Shown: positions 26,413-35,608 of the stretch, in pieces
Numbering within the stretch: position 1 is the stretch's first letter
How the letters are laid out: each line of letters starts with the position of its first letter
Origin: Candidatus Aenigmatarchaeota archaeon
Lineage (GTDB): Archaea > Aenigmatarchaeota > Aenigmatarchaeia > CG10238-14 > SpSt-28
Length of the DNA stretch: 64,000 bases
NCBI GenBank assembly: GCA_038997165.1
Contig: JAWBAK010000002.1
Span: forward strand, 3,083-67,082
Direction of reading: 5' to 3'
The notes under the pieces: model-generated
Told to the model about the DNA's origin: nothing
Database searches by the model: none
What the model saw: only the letters and a program-made list of their open reading frames with translations
Made by a program: the position numbers and the translations under genes

Positions 26413-27253
26413 AAAAATAACTAGTAACTATTTTTAAATAACTATTATTAAACAAATTACTTATTCATAGATAGTACTAGAAAAGTCAATTTTTTATCAT
26501 TATTTATGAATTTAAAACATAAAGTAAAAAATTATATACTCAATTATATATAATTTTTTGTATAAATTATTAAAAGGTACTAAATAATTTACTTAAAAAA
26601 TAGTGAAAATATTATAAAAAACAGCATTCCATTATTATTATTCTTCTATAGATTTATTTAAATTATTTTTAATTTTTTTATATGTATAAACTTTTTATAT
26701 TTTAAACTTAACTTTAAATCTCTTTAAATATAGCTTTATCGTAAAAATATACCTTTAAAAATTTATAGCTGGCTCTGTAGACCAGTTATAAATTTTTAGA
26801 ATTTAAAAAAATGTGAGAGTTTTTAATTTATTTATTTACTTAATAGTAATTGTTAATAGATTTAAAGAATAAATAAAAAATATTCTGAAAATTAGTGAAC
26901 AAACTTTTTTCTAATATTTGTTAAAATGTTTATTATCCAGATGGCGCATCTATAAGATTCGAGAATTTTATTTTTTATGTCTTTTGTTTTTTCGAAAATA
27001 ATAAATATCTTAAAAGATAAAAGATTATAACTATACAAAACAAAAATATATGCTTATTTCTAAGAAGGAACTTAATAAAAAATTGAAATTAAAAATTTCA
27101 AAGTACAAAAATCAGAAATTATATTGCAAACTATCCTTTTTATAAGAATTGCGATATAAAAGTAAAAAATATTACTAATACTTAAATGTCATATTGGTAA
27201 GAGTGAAAAATTAAAAAAAGAAATATATGAAAGATATTTGGTACTTCTTTCTA

Positions 27254-28069
27254 CTAGTATCTATAGTTTTGATAAATCTGTTTAACTCTATTTTCTAGTT
27301 CATGCACCAAATCTTTTACTGTTCTAGAAGAGAGTAATACTTTTTCTATCTTTTTAAATTCTTTATTTATATCATATGATTTTTCTATACACTCTAAAAT
27401 ATCTTTTACAATATCAATAGAGGGTATGTTTTTTGCATTTAAGTTTTCTGATATTTTTATTGTACCTAACCAAGCATATATTTCACTTAAATTTCTGAAA
27501 TTCTCTGCTTTCTCTTGAATGCTTCTAAAGTGTAAAATAAAGCTTATAAAATTCAAAATAATAGTAATGATTGTAAAAATTGAATATGTTTCTTTACCAT
27601 TTATTATTTCTTTAAATGTTTGTACAAGGTTGTTTAAACTATTTTCATAATTTTTCAAAGCGTTTTTAATTTCGTTTGATGCTAATGAATTCAAAATATA
27701 CTTTGCGTGCATTAGTTCGTGAGGTAATGTTTCAACATCTTTACCATCGATCTTTACATAATCCTTTATTATAAGAATAATTGATCCTTCTTTATATAAT
27801 AGTGGGATTGTTATACCACCCAATTGTATAGAGTTATAAATTAATTCTGATATTATTAGATTTGCTCTATAAACTTCTGTATTTTTAGTAACGTTCTCAT
27901 CTAGATCAATACCTTTACTAGCAAGTTTATTTACGGCATTTTTTACTTCCTCTTTTGAAACTCTCTCAACCAAACCTATTTTTTCTGCTTTTTCAAATAG
28001 ATCTTCTATTAAATCTTTATTTTCTTTTCTTATATGGTTTGCATGTATTGTAGGTATATTATCATTCAT
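27254..28069 (-). CDS. HExxH-motif membrane-associated protein, hypothetical metallopeptidase
   Basis: 'ETLPHELMHAKYILN' followed by a TM segment 'YSIFTIITIILNFISFILHF'. Confidence 0.3.
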   Translation of the reverse strand: MNDNIPTIHANHIRKENKDLIEDLFEKAEKIGLVERVSKEEVKNAVNKLASKGIDLDENVTKNTEVYRANLIISELIYNSIQLGGITIPLLYKEGSIILIIKDYVKIDGKDVETLPHELMHAKYILNSLASNEIKNALKNYENSLNNLVQTFKEIINGKETYSIFTIITIILNFISFILHFRSIQEKAENFRNLSEIYAWLGTIKISENLNAKNIPSIDIVKDILECIEKSYDINKEFKKIEKVLLSSRTVKDLVHELENRVKQIYQNYRY

Positions 28070-28184
28070 AAGTAATTATATTAGATTTGAAAATATATAT
28101 TTTTTATTGATAACTATGAATGTTAAACATCTAAAATAAATTAAAAATCCCTCTTTATAATTTTTTTAAAATTATATAATATTT

Positions 28185-28310
28185 ATGGAACACGCTTCAA
28201 TTAAAACTGCTATTTTTATTGGTATTGCAATTTTAATAATTTTATTTTTCATAATAATAGGTATTTACTATTTTAAAATTTTATCAACGCAAGTAGCTAT
28301 TACCCCATAA
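28185..28310 (+). CDS. tiny single-pass membrane protein 1 of 7 (41 aa)
   Basis: Hand translation gives MEHASIKTAIFIGIAILIILFFIIIGIYYFKILSTQVAITP. It is the first of seven tightly packed same-strand mini-ORFs. Confidence 0.3.
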   Translation: MEHASIKTAIFIGIAILIILFFIIIGIYYFKILSTQVAITP

Positions 28311-28312
28311 AA

Positions 28313-28489
28313 ATGCCTATAGAAATATCAACAGAATTGCTTTATATATTAATTTTTTTCTTGATAATTGTAGCAGTAATATTAACTTTTATTTTTTCTG
28401 GTTTCGATATCAATAGAATGCAAGAAAGTATTTCAAGTTTTTGGGATAGTGTAGATAGATTTGCTAAGAAAATATTTGGAGAAAAATAA
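28313..28489 (+). CDS. tiny single-pass membrane protein 2 of 7 (58 aa)
   Basis: MPIEISTELLYILIFFLIIVAVILTFIFSGFDINRMQESISSFWDSVDRFAKKIFGEK. Confidence 0.35.
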   Translation: MPIEISTELLYILIFFLIIVAVILTFIFSGFDINRMQESISSFWDSVDRFAKKIFGEK

Positions 28490-28491
28490 TT

Positions 28492-28677
28492 ATGGAAGTA
28501 AATTTTTTGATCCTAATAATTCTAGGTATTATAATTTTTTCAATTATTTTAATTGTAATATTTTCTATGATTTGGCCTTCGAAGTTTTCTACATTTTTAA
28601 AAGAAGCATGTTTATTAACAGTTGGAAAATTTTTTGCACAACCATATATATGTGAAGCTTTTAGAGTAGCAGAATGA
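28492..28677 (+). CDS. tiny single-pass membrane protein 3 of 7 (61 aa), CxnC tail
   Basis: TM helix, then 'EACLLTVGKFFAQPYICEA'. Paralogous to protein 4 ('EFCKITIGNIPFIGEGVCET'). Confidence 0.4.
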   Translation: MEVNFLILIILGIIIFSIILIVIFSMIWPSKFSTFLKEACLLTVGKFFAQPYICEAFRVAE

Positions 28678-28865
28678 TTCCGATAAGAACTCTTATAATA
28701 ATTTTTTTAATAATTATTGCAATTATATTTTTAATTTCGATTATCTTTGCATTTTTTAAGGGTGGAGGAGTAGCTCAAGTTTTTTATGAATTTTGCAAAA
28801 TAACTATTGGCAATATTCCATTTATTGGAGAGGGTGTTTGCGAAACTTTAATAAAAGAGATATAA
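28674..28865 (+). CDS. tiny single-pass membrane protein 4 of 7 (63 aa), CxnC tail
   Basis: Overlaps the previous stop (ATGA). TM helix + 'FFKGGGVAQVFYEFCKITIGNIPFIGEGVCETL'. Confidence 0.4.
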   Translation: MIPIRTLIIIFLIIIAIIFLISIIFAFFKGGGVAQVFYEFCKITIGNIPFIGEGVCETLIKEI

Positions 28866-28876
28866 AAAAATAATTT

Positions 28877-29038
28877 ATGGAGCAAACGATTTGGATAATA
28901 ATTCTTATAGTTATTGCAATTCTTTCGTTTATTGTAATATTGAGCATAATATCTTTAGCAAGAGAAGGTGGAATGAGAAGTTTAGGAGATTTGTTTAATT
29001 TATCTAAATTTTTGGAAATTGTTGGAATAAAGAAATGA
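28877..29038 (+). CDS. tiny single-pass membrane protein 5 of 7 (53 aa)
   Basis: MEQTIWIIILIVIAILSFIVILSIISLAREGGMRSLGDLFNLSKFLEIVGIKK. The GG motif after the TM matches protein 4. Confidence 0.35.
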   Translation: MEQTIWIIILIVIAILSFIVILSIISLAREGGMRSLGDLFNLSKFLEIVGIKK

Positions 29039-29187
29039 TAGAGGATGAATTATGGATAGTTTTAGGAATTATTTTATTAATAATAGTTGGAATTTTAATT
29101 TATCTAGCTATAACTAATCCAAAATTTCAAGAATTGATAAAGAATATGATATGGAATCTCAAAATTCCAAAACCTTGGAAAAAATAA
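29035..29187 (+). CDS. tiny single-pass membrane protein 6 of 7 (50 aa)
   Basis: MIEDELWIVLGIILLIIVGILIYLAITNPKFQELIKNMIWNLKIPKPWKK. Start overlaps the previous stop (ATGA). Confidence 0.35.
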   Translation: MIEDELWIVLGIILLIIVGILIYLAITNPKFQELIKNMIWNLKIPKPWKK

Positions 29188-29188
29188 T

Positions 29189-29314
29189 ATGCAAATACCA
29201 ATTAAAATAGTAATTATTATAATAATTTTAATAATTTTAATTACTTTTGCAATCTTTTTTGCAACTTTTTTAAAATCTTCTATTGCTAATATTTTATCTC
29301 AAATATTTGGTTAA
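29189..29314 (+). CDS. tiny single-pass membrane protein 7 of 7 (41 aa)
   Basis: MQIPIKIVIIIIILIILITFAIFFATFLKSSIANILSQIFG. Confidence 0.3.
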   Translation: MQIPIKIVIIIIILIILITFAIFFATFLKSSIANILSQIFG

Positions 29315-31305
29315 ACTTGAACTATTGTTTCTATCATTGGAGTTAATATTAGTGAACTAAAGAGAACTGTTAATATATATAATATTAGTGATATTATCAA
29401 TGTTTTCGAAAGAAAAGAAAGAAAATTATATCTTTCTAATCCACTTTCTAAACCGACAATTAATAAACTTGAAATTATTATCATTTCAACCAAATAAATA
29501 CCTAATGAAAAAGTTATAGATCCAAAAGAAATTGAACTTACTGTAGATGCAGAAATAAATGGAATACCAGTTAAAGGTAAAGCTTCTGTTGATTCCTGAG
29601 TTGGAAGTTCTCCAATACTAAAGAATACTTTAATAATTAGAGATAATAGAATAATTACTAATGAAATTCCAGTTCCAATTATAATTGGCATTAAGAATGT
29701 TATTATAAATTTTAGATTATTTACGTTATCACTTATTAATTCTTCAATCTTTGCTTGAAGTTTAAAAAGGTTAGATAAATATTCAGAAATTATTATCATA
29801 GTATCTCCAGCAAATCTATATCCTTTTTTATAACTTTCGATTATAATTTCAAAAGAATTTTTTATAATACTTGATGGATATATTTTTATTATTTTTTCTA
29901 TTGATTCTTTTAAATTTCCACTATAGGATAATATTGATAACAATTTTTCAAATAATTTTCCAATTTCAAATTTTTTATATCTTTCAATTCCTTTATTAAT
30001 TGCAATCTCTAAAGGATTTCCAGCTCTTAAATAATAACCTGTTTGATACAATACTGTTGGAAATTCGCTTTCTATTTTTTCAATAATTTTTCTTTTTAAT
30101 AAAATATTTCTTAATGCAAAAATTAAAATTAGTGAGATTGGAACAAACAATAAAAATAATGATGAAATTGCAAGAAAAACTAATGTAAAATTATCTCTTA
30201 ATAATTCCTCACACTCTTCTTTACTTAATGTCAAATCTTTTGGTTTTGTTTTAAATTTTGTATTTGCCCATTCTACACATTTTTCAAAATTATAATTTAG
30301 TGAAATAAAATTTGGAAGAGTTAAAGAGGAAAGAATTAATGATATTAAAATTCCAACAAAAATTAAATTAATTTTAAAGTTAGAAAATTTTATTTCTAAA
30401 GGATTTTCTATAAGAAGAAAGGAAATTGTTAATGGTCTAGAAGTTATTAAAGTTATTATTACTAGAAATAAAATTATTGGTAAAATTACATTGAAAACTA
30501 TTACTAAAGTTGTGAAAGAAAAAATTTGAGGGAAAAAAATAGAAAATAGTGGTAAAATAGTTAAAGAAAGTAAAGGCAAAATTACACCTAATCCTAAAAT
30601 AATTGTTGATGGTAATTTTAAACTTCTCGCATATTTTTCCATTCTTTGAAAATTTTCTTCATGCATTACTCTTATCGCTTCTTTTATTAAATTTTCTGAA
30701 GAATATGGATTTTCACTATATGCTATCAATAATTTTAATGCTTCGCAAAATTCTTTCGCTTCTTTATACCATCTTTCGATTATTTCATTTAAACCTTCTT
30801 TAATTGTAGTTTCTCCAACTAAAAATTTAGCTAAAATTCTTTTAAAATCTTTTCCAATTTCACCACTTAAATTACTCGCAACTAAAACAACAGCTCTTTC
30901 TAAATTTGGAACTTGTTTTAAAGAAATACTCATATATATAATTGCATGCATCATTTCGCTAGAGGCAAAATTTCTAATTAGTTTAGCTTTAAGAAATGGA
31001 TAATAATATATTAAAAATGAAATTAAGGATAATAATATAAAAAAAATAAAAGATATTGAGAATCCTAATGAAAAAGCTAATATTGCAATTCCTATTATTC
31101 CAAAAAGAAAAATTAGAATTGCTGCAGAAAAATTTGAAGCTGGAGGTATTCTTAATCTACAAAATTTATTAACTTCATTATATAACTCTTCTTCTTCTTT
31201 TGGAATTTTAATTTTTATTATTTGAAAACTAAAATTACAAAGTAATTCGTAAAAAGAAAGTTTTTTGGATTTTTTATATTCTTCAATAATTTGGTTTACA
31301 TCCAT
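29311..31305 (-). CDS. TadC/FlaJ-like (T2SS-F family) polytopic membrane platform protein candidate
   Basis: 664 aa. Two ~130-170 aa helical cytoplasmic segments alternate with TM bundles. These are 'NLERAVVLVASNLSGEIGKDF...' and '...TVLYQTGYYLRAGNPLEIAINKG...'. The second carries the GspF/TadC-like 'L..aG.pl..Al' motif. The assignment is by pattern only. Confidence 0.4.
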   Translation of the reverse strand: MDVNQIIEEYKKSKKLSFYELLCNFSFQIIKIKIPKEEEELYNEVNKFCRLRIPPASNFSAAILIFLFGIIGIAILAFSLGFSISFIFFILLSLISFLIYYYPFLKAKLIRNFASSEMMHAIIYMSISLKQVPNLERAVVLVASNLSGEIGKDFKRILAKFLVGETTIKEGLNEIIERWYKEAKEFCEALKLLIAYSENPYSSENLIKEAIRVMHEENFQRMEKYARSLKLPSTIILGLGVILPLLSLTILPLFSIFFPQIFSFTTLVIVFNVILPIILFLVIITLITSRPLTISFLLIENPLEIKFSNFKINLIFVGILISLILSSLTLPNFISLNYNFEKCVEWANTKFKTKPKDLTLSKEECEELLRDNFTLVFLAISSLFLLFVPISLILIFALRNILLKRKIIEKIESEFPTVLYQTGYYLRAGNPLEIAINKGIERYKKFEIGKLFEKLLSILSYSGNLKESIEKIIKIYPSSIIKNSFEIIIESYKKGYRFAGDTMIIISEYLSNLFKLQAKIEELISDNVNNLKFIITFLMPIIIGTGISLVIILLSLIIKVFFSIGELPTQESTEALPLTGIPFISASTVSSISFGSITFSLGIYLVEMIIISSLLIVGLESGLERYNFLSFLSKTLIISLILYILTVLFSSLILTPMIETIVQV

Positions 31306-31340
31306 AATAAATAAATAAGTTTACCATATATGTATATATT

Positions 31341-34046
31341 ATGAAATTATTAGAAGAAGTTGCAATAAGATTTTTAATAGGTATATTTATTGCATCTCTT
31401 ATAGGTTTTTTATTTTGGTGGTTAGTTATTCATAATGAAACAGATAGAATTGTTGAAAGAAATTTTCAAAAATTTTATTCTGCATTAGATGAAGCATGTT
31501 CTAGAAGATCTACAATAAATAATCCTACAAAAGTTTATGTAGAAATTCCTCAAAAAAGATTTCAAAATCCATTCGAAGCAGGAATAAATTGGTTAAAAGA
31601 AAAATTAGGAATTCCAGTTCCATTTACTGCTTTTCAAGATCCATATTATAATTTTCATTGGGAATTTTTTCCGCCAGAACCACCATATACATTTGGACAA
31701 GGTATTCCAGAATCTTTAGCTGCATTTTTTATTCCATGGAGCGAAGATTTACCTTGGAGTTCTAATTTAATATTAACTATGGCTTTTAATGCATATGCTT
31801 TGGGATTAGATATGTTTGAAGCAGTAAAGCAACTTGAAAAAGCAAAATCTAAAGCTTATTTATCTATAAAACACAAAATGTCTAATTTTGGGAAAAAAAT
31901 TCTTAATAATTTCGATGAAATAAAAATAATTGTTAAAGCGGTAAATGAAATGGAAGAATATATTAAAAAAGTTGGAAACTATGTTATTAGAGTAAAAGGT
32001 ACTGCAATAAAAATTGCAGATGTTAGTGGAAAAATTATTCATGAAATTAAATTTATATCTAAAGTAACCACAATGTATGCATTATTTTGTCTAGCAATAG
32101 AAGATAAAACTTTAGGAGAATGTTTTACTGAAGGAGTAATTTTTGGAGTAGGTGCAGATGTAGGTAAATTAATAATGAAAAATGTTGTTTTTCCTCGTAT
32201 AAAGAAAAAATTAGAAATTTATTATTCAATTACTGTTGGAAAAATTAAAAAAGGTTTTTCAGAATTTTTAGAGTATGTTTCTGACGAAGTAAAATCGATA
32301 AAATATAAATTTCTTGGAATGGAAAATATTGTTGCTGAAAATATAGATGAAATAAATAAATTAACCGATGACATTAAAAATCTTGTAGATGATGCCAAAA
32401 AATTATTAAATGAGGGAAAAAATTCTGAAGCTCTTAGCAAAATAAATGAAGCAAAAGGAAAATTAAAGGCAATTTCTTCATTAATTGAAGATACTTCTAA
32501 AAAAGCACCACCAGACTACTTTTCGGCTTTATTCTTTACACAAATTGAAATTGAAAAACTACAAGATGAAATAAATGATATAATAAAGAGATGTCCTGAA
32601 GATTTAATAAAAGATATTTCAAAAGGTTTTGTTGAACTAGATTCTCTAGTTAAATCTACAGAAGAGTTACACGATGATATTCATACAAAATCTACAAAAA
32701 AAGTTTTAGAGAGAAAAGGATTTAATTTTGAGTATGATGAAAAATTAAAAAGAAATGTATATGTATTAACAGAAGAAAGTAATAAAGATTTATTTAATGA
32801 ATTTAAAGAAGCAATAGAAGCTAGAAAAGCGATGGGAGAAACAATTTATAGTTATGGAGATTTTAAATTTCAATATGATGAAAAAGGAAACTTAATAAAA
32901 GTTATTTACGATCCATTTGATCCAGATAGCATTACAAATACTATAAAAGAAGGTATTTTGGGTTATCCAAAAAAATTTTTGGCATATTTAGAAGAAAAGG
33001 CATTTATTCATAATAAATTAGTAGATGGAGATGCTGTTGCTAAAGTATTAGAAGATATGAAAGATGATCTTCAAAGAGATGAAAACTTAAGAAAAAGATT
33101 ATTAGAAGCATTTAAAAAAATAGGACATGAAATTGATGAAGATGAATTAATTTATAGAATTGACGATACTATAAGAAAGTATAAAGCTGGAGAAAATTTA
33201 GTATTAGTTGTAGAAAAAAATAGTGAATTAGGAAAACTCTTTGATAAATTACCAAGCGACATTTCTTCACAAGATCTTTCACATTATATTAGAAAAGCAA
33301 TTTATGATGCTATAAAACAAGGTGATGATACTGAATTAAAAAATTTATATGGGTTGATAAATGGAAAAACTTTAAGAATTAAAGAAGATATGGAAATATT
33401 TTTTAGAAGAGGTGTTATAGGATATGCTGCCTTAAGAGCTATTGATTTATACACACCTTTAGGAGCAAGTTGGTGGGATAAATATATTTCTTACTATGGT
33501 TATGAAGGTCAAAAAATTCCTGTAGGATGTCAAACTCAATGTGATGAAGGAAAAATTTGTTTGCAGTTAGGAGCATGCATTAGACAATTTGATTTACCCG
33601 AAAGCTGTCAAAAAATTGGTATAAAAGATGTAAAAATAAAAAGAAATAGTATTGTTGCAAATGATCCAAGATTTTATTTAGTTAGTCCATGCTATGCTGA
33701 ATTAGAAATTTTTATTGATAATTCTGATGCAATACTATTTATTCTTCCAAAAATAGATAAAAATAGGTTAAATGAACCAAATTATTGTTATGCAACAGAG
33801 AATTTTGTTAATTGGTACATAGGTACTTATATTGCTCAATATACAACTAGATGTGTGGGAGCAATAGGTTGCGCTATACTAACTGGTGGTCTTGGAGCTA
33901 TAGATGCTGTTTTGGCATGTTTATTTGGAGCTGCAGGAGGTGTTTGTGGAGTTGTTGTAGATTTAATAGATTTAGCGTTTTCATTTTTAAAAGAATCTAC
34001 TTTTATTTGGCCAACAGTTTATCAAACTTATCCTTGGTTAGCATGA
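31341..34046 (+). CDS. large (901 aa) membrane-anchored coiled-coil / Cys-rich protein, hypothetical; first gene of six-gene coupled operon
   Basis: N-terminal TM, long helical middle, Cys-rich segment (CQTQCDEGKICLQLGACIRQ...), C-terminal Gly/Cys-rich hydrophobic segment. No P-loop seen. Confidence 0.45.
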   Translation: MKLLEEVAIRFLIGIFIASLIGFLFWWLVIHNETDRIVERNFQKFYSALDEACSRRSTINNPTKVYVEIPQKRFQNPFEAGINWLKEKLGIPVPFTAFQDPYYNFHWEFFPPEPPYTFGQGIPESLAAFFIPWSEDLPWSSNLILTMAFNAYALGLDMFEAVKQLEKAKSKAYLSIKHKMSNFGKKILNNFDEIKIIVKAVNEMEEYIKKVGNYVIRVKGTAIKIADVSGKIIHEIKFISKVTTMYALFCLAIEDKTLGECFTEGVIFGVGADVGKLIMKNVVFPRIKKKLEIYYSITVGKIKKGFSEFLEYVSDEVKSIKYKFLGMENIVAENIDEINKLTDDIKNLVDDAKKLLNEGKNSEALSKINEAKGKLKAISSLIEDTSKKAPPDYFSALFFTQIEIEKLQDEINDIIKRCPEDLIKDISKGFVELDSLVKSTEELHDDIHTKSTKKVLERKGFNFEYDEKLKRNVYVLTEESNKDLFNEFKEAIEARKAMGETIYSYGDFKFQYDEKGNLIKVIYDPFDPDSITNTIKEGILGYPKKFLAYLEEKAFIHNKLVDGDAVAKVLEDMKDDLQRDENLRKRLLEAFKKIGHEIDEDELIYRIDDTIRKYKAGENLVLVVEKNSELGKLFDKLPSDISSQDLSHYIRKAIYDAIKQGDDTELKNLYGLINGKTLRIKEDMEIFFRRGVIGYAALRAIDLYTPLGASWWDKYISYYGYEGQKIPVGCQTQCDEGKICLQLGACIRQFDLPESCQKIGIKDVKIKRNSIVANDPRFYLVSPCYAELEIFIDNSDAILFILPKIDKNRLNEPNYCYATENFVNWYIGTYIAQYTTRCVGAIGCAILTGGLGAIDAVLACLFGAAGGVCGVVVDLIDLAFSFLKESTFIWPTVYQTYPWLA

Positions 34047-34462
34047 TCAAAATAAAAAAATTAAAATTATCTGCATTTATAACTTATTTAGTTTTATTTT
34101 TTTCAATGATTTTTGTTATAATTTTTTTATATTTAGGAATTAACATTCTTTTGATAAATATTTATAAAAACAATTTTTTTATTTCAAAAAGTACTTCTGA
34201 ATTTCTTTCTGCAATTATGAATTCTTTATTTTCTTCTACAAATAATATTACTATAGAAATTACATTTCCAAAAGAAGAAATGGAAATATATTTTTTTGAT
34301 GAGAATATAACTGTAAAGAAAGGAAAAGAATTTTTTTCTTCAAAAATTTTTAAACCAAGTTATATTAATTTTAATGTTTCAAATAATGTTATAAAAACAA
34401 CATCGTTTTATAATACAAAAATTCTAATAATAAAAGTAAACGATGAAATAAAAATAATATGA
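34043..34462 (+). CDS. N-terminally anchored small protein (operon gene 2), hypothetical
   Basis: Start ATG overlaps the upstream TGA (ATGA). 'MIKIKKLKLSAFITYLVLFFSMIFVIIFLYLGI' TM, then a polar domain. Confidence 0.4.
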   Translation: MIKIKKLKLSAFITYLVLFFSMIFVIIFLYLGINILLINIYKNNFFISKSTSEFLSAIMNSLFSSTNNITIEITFPKEEMEIYFFDENITVKKGKEFFSSKIFKPSYINFNVSNNVIKTTSFYNTKILIIKVNDEIKII

Positions 34463-34854
34463 AATTGCAAATTTCATTTATTCCAGAATCAATGTTAGAT
34501 GTTTTAACTTTAATAATTGTAATTTCTATGACATTTGGAATGTATATTTTATATACAGAATATAAATTAATTTTAAAAAGAGATGAAAATTTAGATTTTC
34601 AAAATTATAATTTTGCTCAAGTTTTTATTGGAGATAAATGTATACTTTATAATAATATTAGCAAAGGAATTTTAGATTATAATAAAATAAAAAATAAACA
34701 AAGTTGTTTAAATTTAGAAAAAAATATAAGCATTATTTTAAATTCGGAAAAAATTGTTTATAATAACGATTGCGATTTTTCTAATACAAAAGTTATAATT
34801 CCGATAATAGTTTTTAAAGAAAGTTTTCAAGAAGCAAAATTAATAATATGTTAA
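34459..34854 (+). CDS. N-terminally anchored small protein (operon gene 3), hypothetical
   Basis: Overlapping start/stop. TM 'VLTLIIVISMTFGMYILY'. Confidence 0.4.
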   Translation: MKLQISFIPESMLDVLTLIIVISMTFGMYILYTEYKLILKRDENLDFQNYNFAQVFIGDKCILYNNISKGILDYNKIKNKQSCLNLEKNISIILNSEKIVYNNDCDFSNTKVIIPIIVFKESFQEAKLIIC

Positions 34855-35243
34855 TTCCAAAAATAATTACAACATTTTTAACATTAATTTTTTCAATTAT
34901 AGCTTTTTCTTTTGTTTATTTTTTATTGCAAAATTTACCAAAAGCAAAAGTAGAAATACAATATAAATTAAGAGAGGAAAATCCTTTTTCTTCTCATCTA
35001 TGTCAAGTATTTTTAAGTTCAGATGAAATAAAAGAACTAATTATAAAAACAATTAAAAAAGAAAATATTGAAAATTCTAAAGCATTAATTTTAGATAGGC
35101 TTTCTAATTTAATTGAAGATAGAGGATTTGAAATAGTAATTTCAAACGAAAGTATAAAAAAAGGAGCTTTATCGTATGAAGATATATATTCATGCTACTT
35201 TTTTTATAATAAAAAATTGTATGAAATAATAATAAAAATATGA
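34848..35243 (+). CDS. N-terminally anchored small protein (operon gene 4), hypothetical
   Basis: 7-nt overlap with the previous gene. TM 'ITTFLTLIFSIIAFSFVYFLL'. Confidence 0.4.
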   Translation: MLIPKIITTFLTLIFSIIAFSFVYFLLQNLPKAKVEIQYKLREENPFSSHLCQVFLSSDEIKELIIKTIKKENIENSKALILDRLSNLIEDRGFEIVISNESIKKGALSYEDIYSCYFFYNKKLYEIIIKI

Positions 35244-35608
35244 AAACATTAATTGGAAATTTAATATTATTTTTATTACCTTTAGTACTTTTTATAATTG
35301 CTTTTTATTTAACGGCAGGTATTTTAAGTAGAGAAATAAGTGTTATAGATATTTCTTCTAAAATTTTTAATGTAATAAATGAAGCTGAAATTTATAAACA
35401 ACAAATAAGAAATATTACGTTAGAAAAACTAAAAGAAAATAATAATTTAAAAGAATTTTCATTTAGTGGATATTATACTTTTTTCAAAATTTCAATAATT
35501 GAAAGAGATAATTCTCAAATAAAAATAGAAGTTTTTGGATATCCAAAAGAGGAAATAATTGGTATAAGACTGATTATTCATTATATCGATGAAATAAAAT
35601 TATGGTAA
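35240..35608 (+). CDS. N-terminally anchored small protein (operon gene 5), hypothetical
   Basis: ATGA overlap. TM 'LILFLLPLVLFIIAFYLTAGIL'. Confidence 0.4.
   Translation: MKTLIGNLILFLLPLVLFIIAFYLTAGILSREISVIDISSKIFNVINEAEIYKQQIRNITLEKLKENNNLKEFSFSGYYTFFKISIIERDNSQIKIEVFGYPKEEIIGIRLIIHYIDEIKLW

Noticed and set aside
31341-34046. Secretion ATPase (FlaI/TadA-like) identity for the 901-aa protein next to the TadC-like gene
   Set aside because: No Walker A (GxxxxGK[ST]) or Walker B motif is present anywhere in the sequence.
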